Shown here piece by piece: positions 1-8,178 of a DNA stretch of 64,000 nucleotides. The stretch covers positions 6,976,001-7,040,000 of the forward strand of contig OZ242214.1 in NCBI GenBank assembly GCA_965206595.1, in the 5' to 3' direction. Below the pieces are notes generated by a model. The model was not told the DNA's origin, did not search any database, and saw nothing but the letters and a program-made list of their open reading frames with translations. The stretch's first letter is position 1. Each line of letters begins with the position of its first letter. The translations under genes and the position numbers were made by a program. The stretch is from Candidatus Latescibacterota bacterium (GTDB taxonomy: Bacteria > Latescibacterota > UBA2968 > UBA8231).

Positions 1-526
1 TTCGCTACCCCGGTCACCCAAATACCATGCAATGGGCGTGCCTGTACCTGGCCGGCAGAGCTCATGAATGGCGTATGTAGTTGCGTAACCTGTTGTTTTA
101 CTGTGTCTTACTAATATCACTTTTTCTTTTTTCGTCGCCATCAGCTCGTCCTTGTCGCTACCGGCTTCTCGGTCCCGCCGTATTATATACGGTTTTCACC
201 GACGGGCCGCCGCCCGCCCCTCCTCCTTCAAGCTCGGTTCTACTCGAAAGAAGCCGCGCCGTCTCAGGCGCTGGATCGCTGGTTTTTTTCCGAAAATGGA
301 AATTCTGCGAGGGAGTTCAGGTTTGACCCCCTTGCCGCGGGCAGGTGCCGAGCAGGCCCTGGCCGAACAGGCGGGTGATCTCGTCGACTTCGTAGCGCGG
401 AAGCGGCACCAGGCGGCCTCGCCTCCGCAGTGGCAGGCCGGCGGACCGGCCGACCGCACGGGCGAGGACCTCGGCACCGATCCGGAAGCCCGCCGGGAAA
501 TCGTGCAAATGCGAGAAAGATCGGGC
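1..526. repeat. Copy 1 of a near-identical ~0.53-kb direct repeat (region upstream of a peptide gene); copy 2 at 2131..2674
   Basis: Position 1 'ttcgctaccccggtcacccaaataccatgc...' recurs at 2131. Similarity continues into the 3' parts of the flanking paralogues (527.. vs 2675..). Confidence 0.95.
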
Positions 527-1504
527 TTACTCCATCTCCAACGAGGCTTTGATCCGCCCCCAGGAAACCGACTCGACCGCGCTGTCCCCTGGGTCGGTCG
601 AGCCCGCGGGCAGCAGCAGCCCGTCGAGAAAGGTATCCGCCCGATTAAAAGAAATGTTGTTAAAGAACGTGGTGGATGTCTCGTCTGGTTGCTGGACTTC
701 GACCGACCATCTTTGGGCATCAAATGCAGGCGGGTCATGGTCAAGCACTACCATCGCGAAACCGATCACCTGTCCCGCAGCAAAATCGCTGACCACGCTC
801 CCCTCGGGGCTTTGCCACGTTTCCCCCCAGCGGTCGAACGGGGTCACGTACAGCTCGATCACCCAGATGACCGGAGCTTCTCCGGCCGCGCCGCCGCCGC
901 TATCCCCATAGGGTGGCAAGGTCGTCCATGAAGCCTGTCCAATCTGGAATCTATACCTAAAATCATTCAGGGTCGGACCCCTGACAGTACGGGAAATAGC
1001 CTGGTAAAACGGAGCTTGCCCATGAATCTCGATAGCTTTTTCCAGTGGAGTTTCGGAATTACTCCCCTTTCCGCCGCTATGGTCTCCGTCGATCGCCAGC
1101 ATGATGCTGTCATACTGGGACATTCCATCACCAGAAGAACCGTAGTCGTGGGTGTTCTTGTACACGTCGTCGCTGGCCACGAAGCCGACATAGAGACGGG
1201 CCGGCTCGTCGTGCCAGGCCAGCCAGATGCGGAAGTCCAAGTCGGAAGGATCAGGTAGCAAAGGAGGCGAATGCGGCTCTTCTCCCGTGAAATCCAGTAG
1301 CGTCATAGTCGGCTCCCCGACCAGCTCGTACCACTCGTCTACCAACCCGTCGTCGAGTTGGATCTGTTCCAGCATTTCGTCACTGAGATAGGGAATCGGG
1401 AACACGCGGTCTCCGAGGTGGGCCTCTGCCCGGGCAGACAGCCCCAATCCGAGAAACAGAAAAAGGGCGGCGTGCCATTGCTTCCTGATACGAACACGGG
1501 TCAC
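527..1504 (-). CDS. Secreted CBM9/DOMON-like paralogue, type A (copy A3)
   Basis: Signal peptide ending ARAEA; motifs IQLDDG.VDEWY, DLDFRIWLAW, LY..FVASDD, DSIMLAIDGD, VIELYVTPFD, GQVIGFA.V.DHD; C-terminal SAVESVSWGRIKASLEME. Confidence 0.8.
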   Translation of the reverse strand: MTRVRIRKQWHAALFLFLGLGLSARAEAHLGDRVFPIPYLSDEMLEQIQLDDGLVDEWYELVGEPTMTLLDFTGEEPHSPPLLPDPSDLDFRIWLAWHDEPARLYVGFVASDDVYKNTHDYGSSGDGMSQYDSIMLAIDGDHSGGKGSNSETPLEKAIEIHGQAPFYQAISRTVRGPTLNDFRYRFQIGQASWTTLPPYGDSGGGAAGEAPVIWVIELYVTPFDRWGETWQSPEGSVVSDFAAGQVIGFAMVVLDHDPPAFDAQRWSVEVQQPDETSTTFFNNISFNRADTFLDGLLLPAGSTDPGDSAVESVSWGRIKASLEME

Positions 1505-1823
1505 GAGTTTTTCTCCTGTGTGAAGTTTGAACTGGCTTGCCTGCTTCGGGCAGGCATGGTGTGGTTAATGCAGGGCAGGCAGGCGCGGTGTCAATTCCTT
1601 CGTTCAGGTCTGGCTGCAACCCTTTGCTCACTTGCTCACCTATTGAGCGCTTGCGCGCGGGGCACCGCATCCGCCTGTCTGCCGGCACAGGCAGGCGGGC
1701 TGAACACCCTCCGTCGACGAGATCCCCGGATTCAAGCAGCCACTATCCCAGCATGGTCTATTTCCTGGACCGCTCCCTGCGCAGTGCGGCCAGGGCAGAA
1801 AGCCCGGCAGGAAAGGCGGAACA

Positions 1824-1897
1824 GCGCCCACACCCCTTAAAGAAACAGGGCATGGGCGCCTGAGCGACTGGAGCCTCCCCGCAGGAGGGGAGAGCTC
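1824..1897 (-). terminator. Two tandem stem-loops directly after the peptide stop codon (terminator, attenuator or mRNA stabiliser)
   Basis: Arms 1871-1880/1887-1897 and 1824-1835/1848-1859; both hairpins are conserved at 8101-8178. Confidence 0.6.
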
Positions 1898-2096
1898 AGT
1901 CGCAGTTGCAGCAGCCGTTGTAGGAGTACCCGTGCCCCAGTACGGAGCACAGGTAGGCGCACTCGCCGGCGGAGTTAACATTGGTGAAATGGTGCTGTCC
2001 GGTATGTGCGCTCAAGAAGACTGCACCGGCCGCGAGCATGACTCCCGCCGCAACGGCGAGGAAAGCCTTCCTGCTCCGATTCAATTGACGTTTCAT
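1896..2096 (-). CDS. 66-aa secreted Cys/His-rich peptide (P2)
   Basis: ATG at 2096 with GGAGG RBS; MKRQLNRSRKAFLAVAAGVMLAAGAVFLSA signal, then HTGQHHFTNVNSAGECAYLCSVLGHGYSYNGCCNCD; paralogue at 8177..8383. Confidence 0.85.
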   Translation of the reverse strand: MKRQLNRSRKAFLAVAAGVMLAAGAVFLSAHTGQHHFTNVNSAGECAYLCSVLGHGYSYNGCCNCD

Positions 2097-2130
2097 TTCT
2101 GCCTCCCTTTGGATTTTGGGGTCGCGCCTG

Positions 2131-2674
2131 TTCGCTACCCCGGTCACCCAAATACCATGCAATGGGCGTGCCTGTACCTGGCCGGCAGAGCTCATGAATG
2201 GCGTATGTAGTTACGTAACCTATTGTTTTACTGTGTCTTACTAATATCACTTTTTCTTTTTTCGTCGCCATCAGCTCGTCCTTGTCGCTACCGGCTTCTC
2301 GGTCTCGCCGTATTATATACGGTCTCGCCGTATTATATACGGTTTCGCCGACGGGCCGCCGCCCGCCCCTCCTCCTTCAAGCTCGGTTCTACTCGAAAGA
2401 AGCCGCGCCCGTCTCAGGCGCTGGATCGCTGGTTTTTTTCCGAAAATGGAAATTCTGCGAGGGAGTTCAGGTTTGACCCCCTTGCCGCGGACAGGTGCCG
2501 AGCAGGCCCTGGCCGAACAGGCGGGTGATCTCGTCGACTTCGTAGCGCGGAAGCGGCACCAGGCGGCCTCGCCTCCGCAGTTGCAGGCCGGCGGACCGGC
2601 CGACCGCACGGGCGACGACCTCGGCGCCGATCCGGAAGCCCGCCGGGAAATCGTGCAATGCGAGAAAGATCGGG
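2131..2674. repeat. Copy 2 of the direct repeat at 1..526, with an extra 20-bp tandem duplication at 2301-2340
   Basis: Direct comparison with 1..526; GGTCTCGCCGTATTATATAC occurs twice in tandem. Confidence 0.95.
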
Positions 2675-3661
2675 CTACTCCATCTCCAACGAGGCTTTGA
2701 TCCGCCCCCAGGAAACCGACTCGACCGCGCTGTCCCCTGGGCCGGCCGGATCGGCAGGCAGCAGCAGCCCGTCGAGAAAGGTATCCGCCCGATTAAAAGA
2801 AATGTTAAAGAACGTGGTGAACCAGGTGTATGTGTCGTCTGGTTGCTGGACTTCGGCCGACCATTCCTGGGGATCAAATGCAGGGGGGTCATGGTCGAGC
2901 ACTGCAATCGCGAAACCGATCACCTGGTCCGCGGCAAAACGGCTGACCACGCTCCCCTCCGGGCTTTGCCACGTTTCCCCCCAGCGGTCGAACGGGGTCA
3001 CGTACAGCTCGATCACCCAGATGACCGGAGCTTCTCCGGCCGCGCCGCCGCCGCTATCCCCATAGGGTGGCAAGGTCGCCCATGAAGCCTTTCCAATCTG
3101 GAATCTATACGAAGAATCATTCAGAGTCGGACCGCTGACAGTACGGGAAATAGCCTCGTAATCCGGAGCTTGCCCATAAAATTCGATAGCTTCTTCCCAT
3201 GGAGTGTTCTGGTCTCTCCCCCTTCCTCCGCTGTGGTCTCCGTCGATCGCCAACACGATGCTGTCATGCTCATTTCCGAAGGAAGGTGAACTACTGTAGT
3301 CGTGGGTGTTCTTGTACACGTCGTCGCTGGCCACGAAAGCGACGTAGAGACGGGCCGGCTCGTCGTGCCAGGCCAGCCAGATACGGAAGTCCAGGTCGGA
3401 AGGATCAGGCAGCAAAGGAGGCGAGTGCGGCATATGTCCCGTGAAATCCAGCAGGGTCATGGCCGGTTCGCCGATCAACTCGTACCACTCGTCTATGCGG
3501 CCGTCGTCGAGCCGGATCTGTTCCAGCATCTCGTCGGTAAGCTCGGCAATCGGGTACAGGCGATCGCCGAGGTGGGCCTCTGCTGGGACGGCGGATATTG
3601 CCAACCATAAAAGCAGGACCAAACTGCATTCAACTGCTTTTCGGATACGAACACGAGGCAT
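2675..3661 (-). CDS. Secreted CBM9/DOMON-like paralogue (A2: type A body with a B-type N-terminus)
   Basis: Same motif framework and C-terminal SAVESVSWGRIKASLEME. Confidence 0.8.
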   Translation of the reverse strand: MPRVRIRKAVECSLVLLLWLAISAVPAEAHLGDRLYPIAELTDEMLEQIRLDDGRIDEWYELIGEPAMTLLDFTGHMPHSPPLLPDPSDLDFRIWLAWHDEPARLYVAFVASDDVYKNTHDYSSSPSFGNEHDSIVLAIDGDHSGGRGRDQNTPWEEAIEFYGQAPDYEAISRTVSGPTLNDSSYRFQIGKASWATLPPYGDSGGGAAGEAPVIWVIELYVTPFDRWGETWQSPEGSVVSRFAADQVIGFAIAVLDHDPPAFDPQEWSAEVQQPDDTYTWFTTFFNISFNRADTFLDGLLLPADPAGPGDSAVESVSWGRIKASLEME

Positions 3662-3727
3662 GAGTCTTTCTCCATTCTGAGCGCTGTGAAAGCCCGAGGG
3701 CGATCACCGGAGAGGACGATACGCCGG
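3662..3727. repeat. 66-bp intergenic spacer repeated at 4703..4768 and 5753..5818
   Basis: gagtctttctccattctga(g/a)cgctgtgaaagcccgagggcgatcaccggagaggacgatacgccgg lies between consecutive paralogues. Confidence 0.95.
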
Positions 3728-4702
3728 TTACTCCATCTCCAGGGCGGCCTTGATTCGCCCCCAGGAAACCGACTCGACCGCGCTGTCTCCAGGCTGGGGC
3801 GAGCCCGCGGGCAGCAGGATGCCATCGACAAAGGTATCTCCTCTTACATCCCACAATTCTCCGAACACACTTCCATCAGACCGATGCATGGCTTCAGGTA
3901 CCCAACCCCTCCATCTCCCAGGTGGATCGCGGTCATGTACAATAATCGCAAAACCAATTACCTTCCCTGCGGCCAGGTCGCTGACCAGGTGATCCCCGGC
4001 GCTACTCCACCCTCCCCCCCAATGGTCGAAAGGGGTCACGTACAGTTCGATCACGCTGATGACGGGAGCTTCTCCGGCCACGCCTCCGCCCCCATCCCCA
4101 TAGGGAGGAAAAACCGTCCAAGGAAACTCCCCCGTCTGGTGTCTGACGCCCGGGTCATCCAGGGTCGGGCCGCCGACGGTGCGGGCAATTGCCTCGTACC
4201 ACTGAGTTTGCCCATGAGCTTCCGGCCAATCCGCTTCCAGTGAGCAACTCGAGGTACAACCCGCCCCCCCGCTGTGGTCTCCGTCGAATCCCATCATGAT
4301 ACTGTCATGATCCATCATATCATCTCTAGTAGATGATTCAAACCAATCCCCACTGTAGTCGTGGGTGTTTTTGTACAGGTCGTCGCCAGCCACGAAGGCC
4401 ACATAGATGCGAGCCGGGTCGTCGTGCCAGGCCAGCCAGATGCGGAAGTCCAGGTCGGACGGATCCGGTTCCAGGTTCTCCCACTCCTCTTTGAAATCCA
4501 GCAGGGTCATGGACGGCTCGCCGACCAACTCGTACCACTCGTCTATGCGCCCGTCGTCGAGCTGGATCTGTTCCAGCATCTCGTCTGTGAGCTCGGCAAT
4601 CGGGAACACGCGGTCGCCGACGTGGGCTTCGGCAGATATTGCCAACCATAAAAGCAGGACCAAACTGCATTCAACTGCTTTTCGGATACGAACACGAGGC
4701 AT
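3728..4702 (-). CDS. Secreted CBM9/DOMON-like paralogue, type B (B1)
   Basis: Framework motifs; GAGCTSSCS loop; C-terminal SAVESVSWGRIKAALEME. Confidence 0.8.
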   Translation of the reverse strand: MPRVRIRKAVECSLVLLLWLAISAEAHVGDRVFPIAELTDEMLEQIQLDDGRIDEWYELVGEPSMTLLDFKEEWENLEPDPSDLDFRIWLAWHDDPARIYVAFVAGDDLYKNTHDYSGDWFESSTRDDMMDHDSIMMGFDGDHSGGAGCTSSCSLEADWPEAHGQTQWYEAIARTVGGPTLDDPGVRHQTGEFPWTVFPPYGDGGGGVAGEAPVISVIELYVTPFDHWGGGWSSAGDHLVSDLAAGKVIGFAIIVHDRDPPGRWRGWVPEAMHRSDGSVFGELWDVRGDTFVDGILLPAGSPQPGDSAVESVSWGRIKAALEME

Positions 4703-4768
4703 GAGTCTTTCTCCATTCTGAGCGCTGTGAAAGCCCGAGGGCGATCACCGGAGAGGACGATACGCCGG

Positions 4769-5752
4769 TTACTCCATCTCCAGGGCGGCCTTGATTCGCC
4801 CCCAGGAAACCGACTCTACGGCGCTGTCTCCCGGCTCGGGGGGCAGCAGGAGGCCGTCGAGAAATGAATCTCCTCTTCTGTCCCACAATTCTCCAATCGC
4901 AATTCCATCAAGCCGCTGCATGGCTTCGGGTGCCCAACCCCTCCATCTCCCAGGTTGATCGCGGTCATGTACAATGATCGCAAAACCGATTACCTTCCAT
5001 GCGGCCAGGTCGCTGACCAGGTGATCCCCGGCGCTGTCCCATCCTCCCCCCCAATGGTCGAACGGGGTCACGTACAGCTCGATGACGCTGATGGTCGGGT
5101 TTTCTCCGGCCACGCCTCCGCCCCCATCCCCATAAGGAGGAAAAACCGTCCAAGGGAACTCCTCCGTCCGGTGTCTGACGCCCGGGTCATCCAGGGTCGG
5201 GCCGCCGACGGTACGCGCAATTGCCTCGTACCACTGAGTTTGCCCATGAGCTTCCGGCCAATCCTCCTGTGAGCAACTCGAGGTACAACCCGCCCCCCCG
5301 CTGTGGTCTCCGTCGAATCCCAGCATGATACTGTCATTATCCATCATATTATCTCTAGATGATCCGAACCAATCCCCCCCACTGTAGTCGTGGGTGTTCT
5401 TGTACACGTCGTCGCCGGCCACGAAGGCCACATAGATGCGAGCCGGCTCGTCGTGCCAGGCCAGCCAGACGCGGAAGTCCAGGTCGGACGGATCCGGTTC
5501 CAGGTCCTCCTCCCACTCCTCTTTGAAATCCAGCAGGGTCATGGACGGCTCGCCGACCAACTCGTACCACTCGTCTATGCGCCCGTCGTCGAGCCGGATC
5601 TGTTCCAGCATCTCGTCGCTGAGATAGGCAATCGGGAACACGCGGTCGCCGACGTGGGCCTCTGCCCGGGCAGACAGGCCGGCAGATATTGCCAACCATA
5701 GAAGCAGGACCAAACTGGCATTCAACTGCTTTCGGGTACGAGTACGGGTCAT
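4769..5752 (-). CDS. Secreted CBM9/DOMON-like paralogue, type B (B2)
   Basis: Close paralogue of 3728..4702 with the same tail. Confidence 0.8.
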   Translation of the reverse strand: MTRTRTRKQLNASLVLLLWLAISAGLSARAEAHVGDRVFPIAYLSDEMLEQIRLDDGRIDEWYELVGEPSMTLLDFKEEWEEDLEPDPSDLDFRVWLAWHDEPARIYVAFVAGDDVYKNTHDYSGGDWFGSSRDNMMDNDSIMLGFDGDHSGGAGCTSSCSQEDWPEAHGQTQWYEAIARTVGGPTLDDPGVRHRTEEFPWTVFPPYGDGGGGVAGENPTISVIELYVTPFDHWGGGWDSAGDHLVSDLAAWKVIGFAIIVHDRDQPGRWRGWAPEAMQRLDGIAIGELWDRRGDSFLDGLLLPPEPGDSAVESVSWGRIKAALEME

Positions 5753-5818
5753 GAGTCTTTCTCCATTCTGAACGCTGTGAAAGCCCGAGGGCGATCACCG
5801 GAGAGGACGATACGCCGG

Positions 5819-6778
5819 CTACTCCATCTCCAGGGAGGCCTTGATACGGCCCCAGGAAACCGACTCGACCGCGCTGTCTCCCGGGCCGGCCAAGTCGGCG
5901 GGCAGCAGCAGCCCATCGAGAAAGCCGTCTGCCCGGTGGTGAAAGAAAATTCGAAAAAGGTCCGTGGGGGTGTATTCTCCAGACTGCAGGGCTTCGGGTA
6001 CCCAATCCACCCAGTCGGAATCCGGCGACTCCCTATCCCGTACCGAAATCGCGAAGCCGATTACCTGTCCCGCTGTCAGATCGCTGACCGTGATCTCCCC
6101 GGGGCTGTGCCATCCCGCCCAGCGGTCGAACGGGGTGACGTACAGCTCGATGACGCTGATGGTCGGGTTTTCTCCGAACACCCCGCCACCGCCCTCCCCG
6201 TAGGGTGGAAAGACCGTCCAGGCGTACTCCCCCGTCTGGACTCTGGTGCCCCCGTCATCAAGGGTCGGGCCGATGGGAGTTCGGGCAATCGCCTCGTACA
6301 TCTGAGTCCGCCCGGCGATCTCCTCCCACTCTTCCAGCTGCGTACTGTTGCCAGCGCCGGCACCGCCGCTGTGATCTCCATCGATTACCAGCACAATACT
6401 GTCATTGTTGATGAAAAGTTCATCCGAGGCCCAACTGTGGGTGTTCTCGTACACGTCGTCGCTCGCGATGAAGGCGAGGTAGAATCGAGCCGGGTCGTCG
6501 TGCCAGGCCAGCCAGATGCGGAAGTCCAGATCGGACGGATCAGGTGTCACCTCTCCCCTCCGGTCGGCAAAATCCAGCACCGTCATGGTCGGTTCCCCGA
6601 CCAGCTCGGACCACTCGTCCACCAAGCCGTCCTTGAGATCGATCCTTTCCAGCATCTCGTCACTGAGATAGGGAATCGGGTACACGCGGTCTCCGAGGTG
6701 GGCCCCGGAGGACATCGCCAGTCCCAGGAGCAGAACGAGGGGGGCGTGCCATTGCTTCCTGATGGGAAAACCGATCAC
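5819..6778 (-). CDS. Secreted CBM9/DOMON-like paralogue, type C
   Basis: GTG at 6778 after a GGAG RBS gives a signal peptide that aligns with the paralogues; same tail. Confidence 0.8.
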   Translation of the reverse strand: MIGFPIRKQWHAPLVLLLGLAMSSGAHLGDRVYPIPYLSDEMLERIDLKDGLVDEWSELVGEPTMTVLDFADRRGEVTPDPSDLDFRIWLAWHDDPARFYLAFIASDDVYENTHSWASDELFINNDSIVLVIDGDHSGGAGAGNSTQLEEWEEIAGRTQMYEAIARTPIGPTLDDGGTRVQTGEYAWTVFPPYGEGGGGVFGENPTISVIELYVTPFDRWAGWHSPGEITVSDLTAGQVIGFAISVRDRESPDSDWVDWVPEALQSGEYTPTDLFRIFFHHRADGFLDGLLLPADLAGPGDSAVESVSWGRIKASLEME

Positions 6779-6851
6779 AAGTTTTCTCCCTTGTCTGACG
6801 CCCGGCGCGGTCGAGGCTCGAGAACCGCGCAAAGGATGGTCCGCATGCCGG

Positions 6852-7808
6852 CTACTCCATCTCCAGGGAAGCCTTGATCCGCCCCCAGGAAACCGACTCC
6901 ACCGCGCTGACACCCGGTCCGGCCGGATCGGCGGGCAGCAGCAGCCCGTCGAGAAAGGAATCCGCCCGATTGCGAATTATGTTCCAGAAGGTGGTGTCGG
7001 TCTCGTCTGACTGCTGGACTTCGACCGACCATCTTTTGACATCAATTGCAGGCGGGTCATGGTCAAGCACTACCATCGCGAAACCGATCACCTGTCCTGC
7101 GGCAAAATGGCTGACCACGCTCCCCTCGGGGCTTTCCCACGGTTCCCCCCAGCGGTCGAACGGCGTCACGTACAGCTCGATCACCCAGATGACCGGGGCT
7201 TCTCCGGCCACGCCGCCGCCGCCTTCCGCATAGGGTGGCAAGGTCGTCCATGAAGCCTGTCCAATCTGGACCCTATAGGGCACATCATTCAAGGTCGGAC
7301 CGCTGGCTGTGCGGGAAATAGCCTGGTAAGACGGAGCTTGCCCATGAATCTCGATAGCTTCTTCCAGTGGAGTGTTGGAGTCACCCCCCCTTCCTCCGCT
7401 ATGGTCTCCGTCGATTGCCAGCATGATGCTGTCATTTTCATGTAGGTATGGAGAACTACTGTAATCGTGGTTGTTCTTGTACACGTCGTCGCTGGCCACG
7501 AAGGCGACATAGAGGCGGGCCGGCTCGTCGTGCCAAGCCAGCCAGATGCGGAAGTCCAGATCCGCAGGATCGAGCGGCGATTGGTGGATTTCTTCGGTGA
7601 AGTCCAGCAGCGACAGGGTGGGCTCTCCGACCAACTCGTACCACTCGTCCACCAACCCGTCGTCGAGCTGGATTCCGGCCAGCATTTCGTCGCTGAGATA
7701 GGGAATCGGGTACACGCGGTCTCCGAGGTGGGCCCCGGAGGACATCGCCAGTCCCAGGAGCAGAACGAGAGCGGCGCGCCATGGCTTTTTGGTACAAACT
7801 CGGGTCAT
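6852..7808 (-). CDS. Secreted CBM9/DOMON-like paralogue, type A (A1)
   Basis: ATG at 7808 (MTRVCTKKPW...) after AGGAG; same framework and tail. Confidence 0.8.
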   Translation of the reverse strand: MTRVCTKKPWRAALVLLLGLAMSSGAHLGDRVYPIPYLSDEMLAGIQLDDGLVDEWYELVGEPTLSLLDFTEEIHQSPLDPADLDFRIWLAWHDEPARLYVAFVASDDVYKNNHDYSSSPYLHENDSIMLAIDGDHSGGRGGDSNTPLEEAIEIHGQAPSYQAISRTASGPTLNDVPYRVQIGQASWTTLPPYAEGGGGVAGEAPVIWVIELYVTPFDRWGEPWESPEGSVVSHFAAGQVIGFAMVVLDHDPPAIDVKRWSVEVQQSDETDTTFWNIIRNRADSFLDGLLLPADPAGPGVSAVESVSWGRIKASLEME

Positions 7809-8100
7809 GGGTCTTCTCCTGCGCGAAGTTTGGACCGGCTGCCTGCTTCGGGCAGGCATTGTGTGGATAAAGCCCGGATCAATGGAGCGCTTGCGGACGG
7901 CCGGGCCCGCAATCCGCCTTTCTGCCTCCTGCCTGTCTCCTCTCTGCCTCGGCACAGGCAGGCGGGGCTGAAGACTTCCATCGACGAGACTATCCTGATT
8001 CATGCGCCGTCGAAATGCCTAATGCCGTCTTTGGTTATTTCTTGGAGCGCTCCCTGCGAGTCGCAGGGGGACCCCAAGAACCCAGCAGGAAATGCGGAAA

Positions 8101-8178
8101 GGCGCCCACACCCTATAGAAACAGGGCGCGGGCGCCTGAGCGGACTCGAGCCTCCCCCTTGGCAGGAGGGGAGAGCTC
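8101..8178 (-). terminator. Two tandem stem-loops after the P1 stop codon
   Basis: Arms 8101-8114/8123-8136 and a second hairpin at 8148-8178; homologous to 1824-1897. Confidence 0.6.

Noticed and set aside
3662-5818. 66-bp repeated spacers as integron attC sites or CRISPR repeats
   Set aside because: They lack proper RYYYAAC/GTTRRRY ends and a long hairpin, are separated by ~1-kb paralogous genes, and no integrase or cas genes are present. Tandem gene duplication explains them.
527-7808. Diversity-generating retroelement as the source of paralogue variation
   Set aside because: No reverse transcriptase in the window, and the differences include indels and all base types rather than adenine-specific changes in a TR/VR pair.
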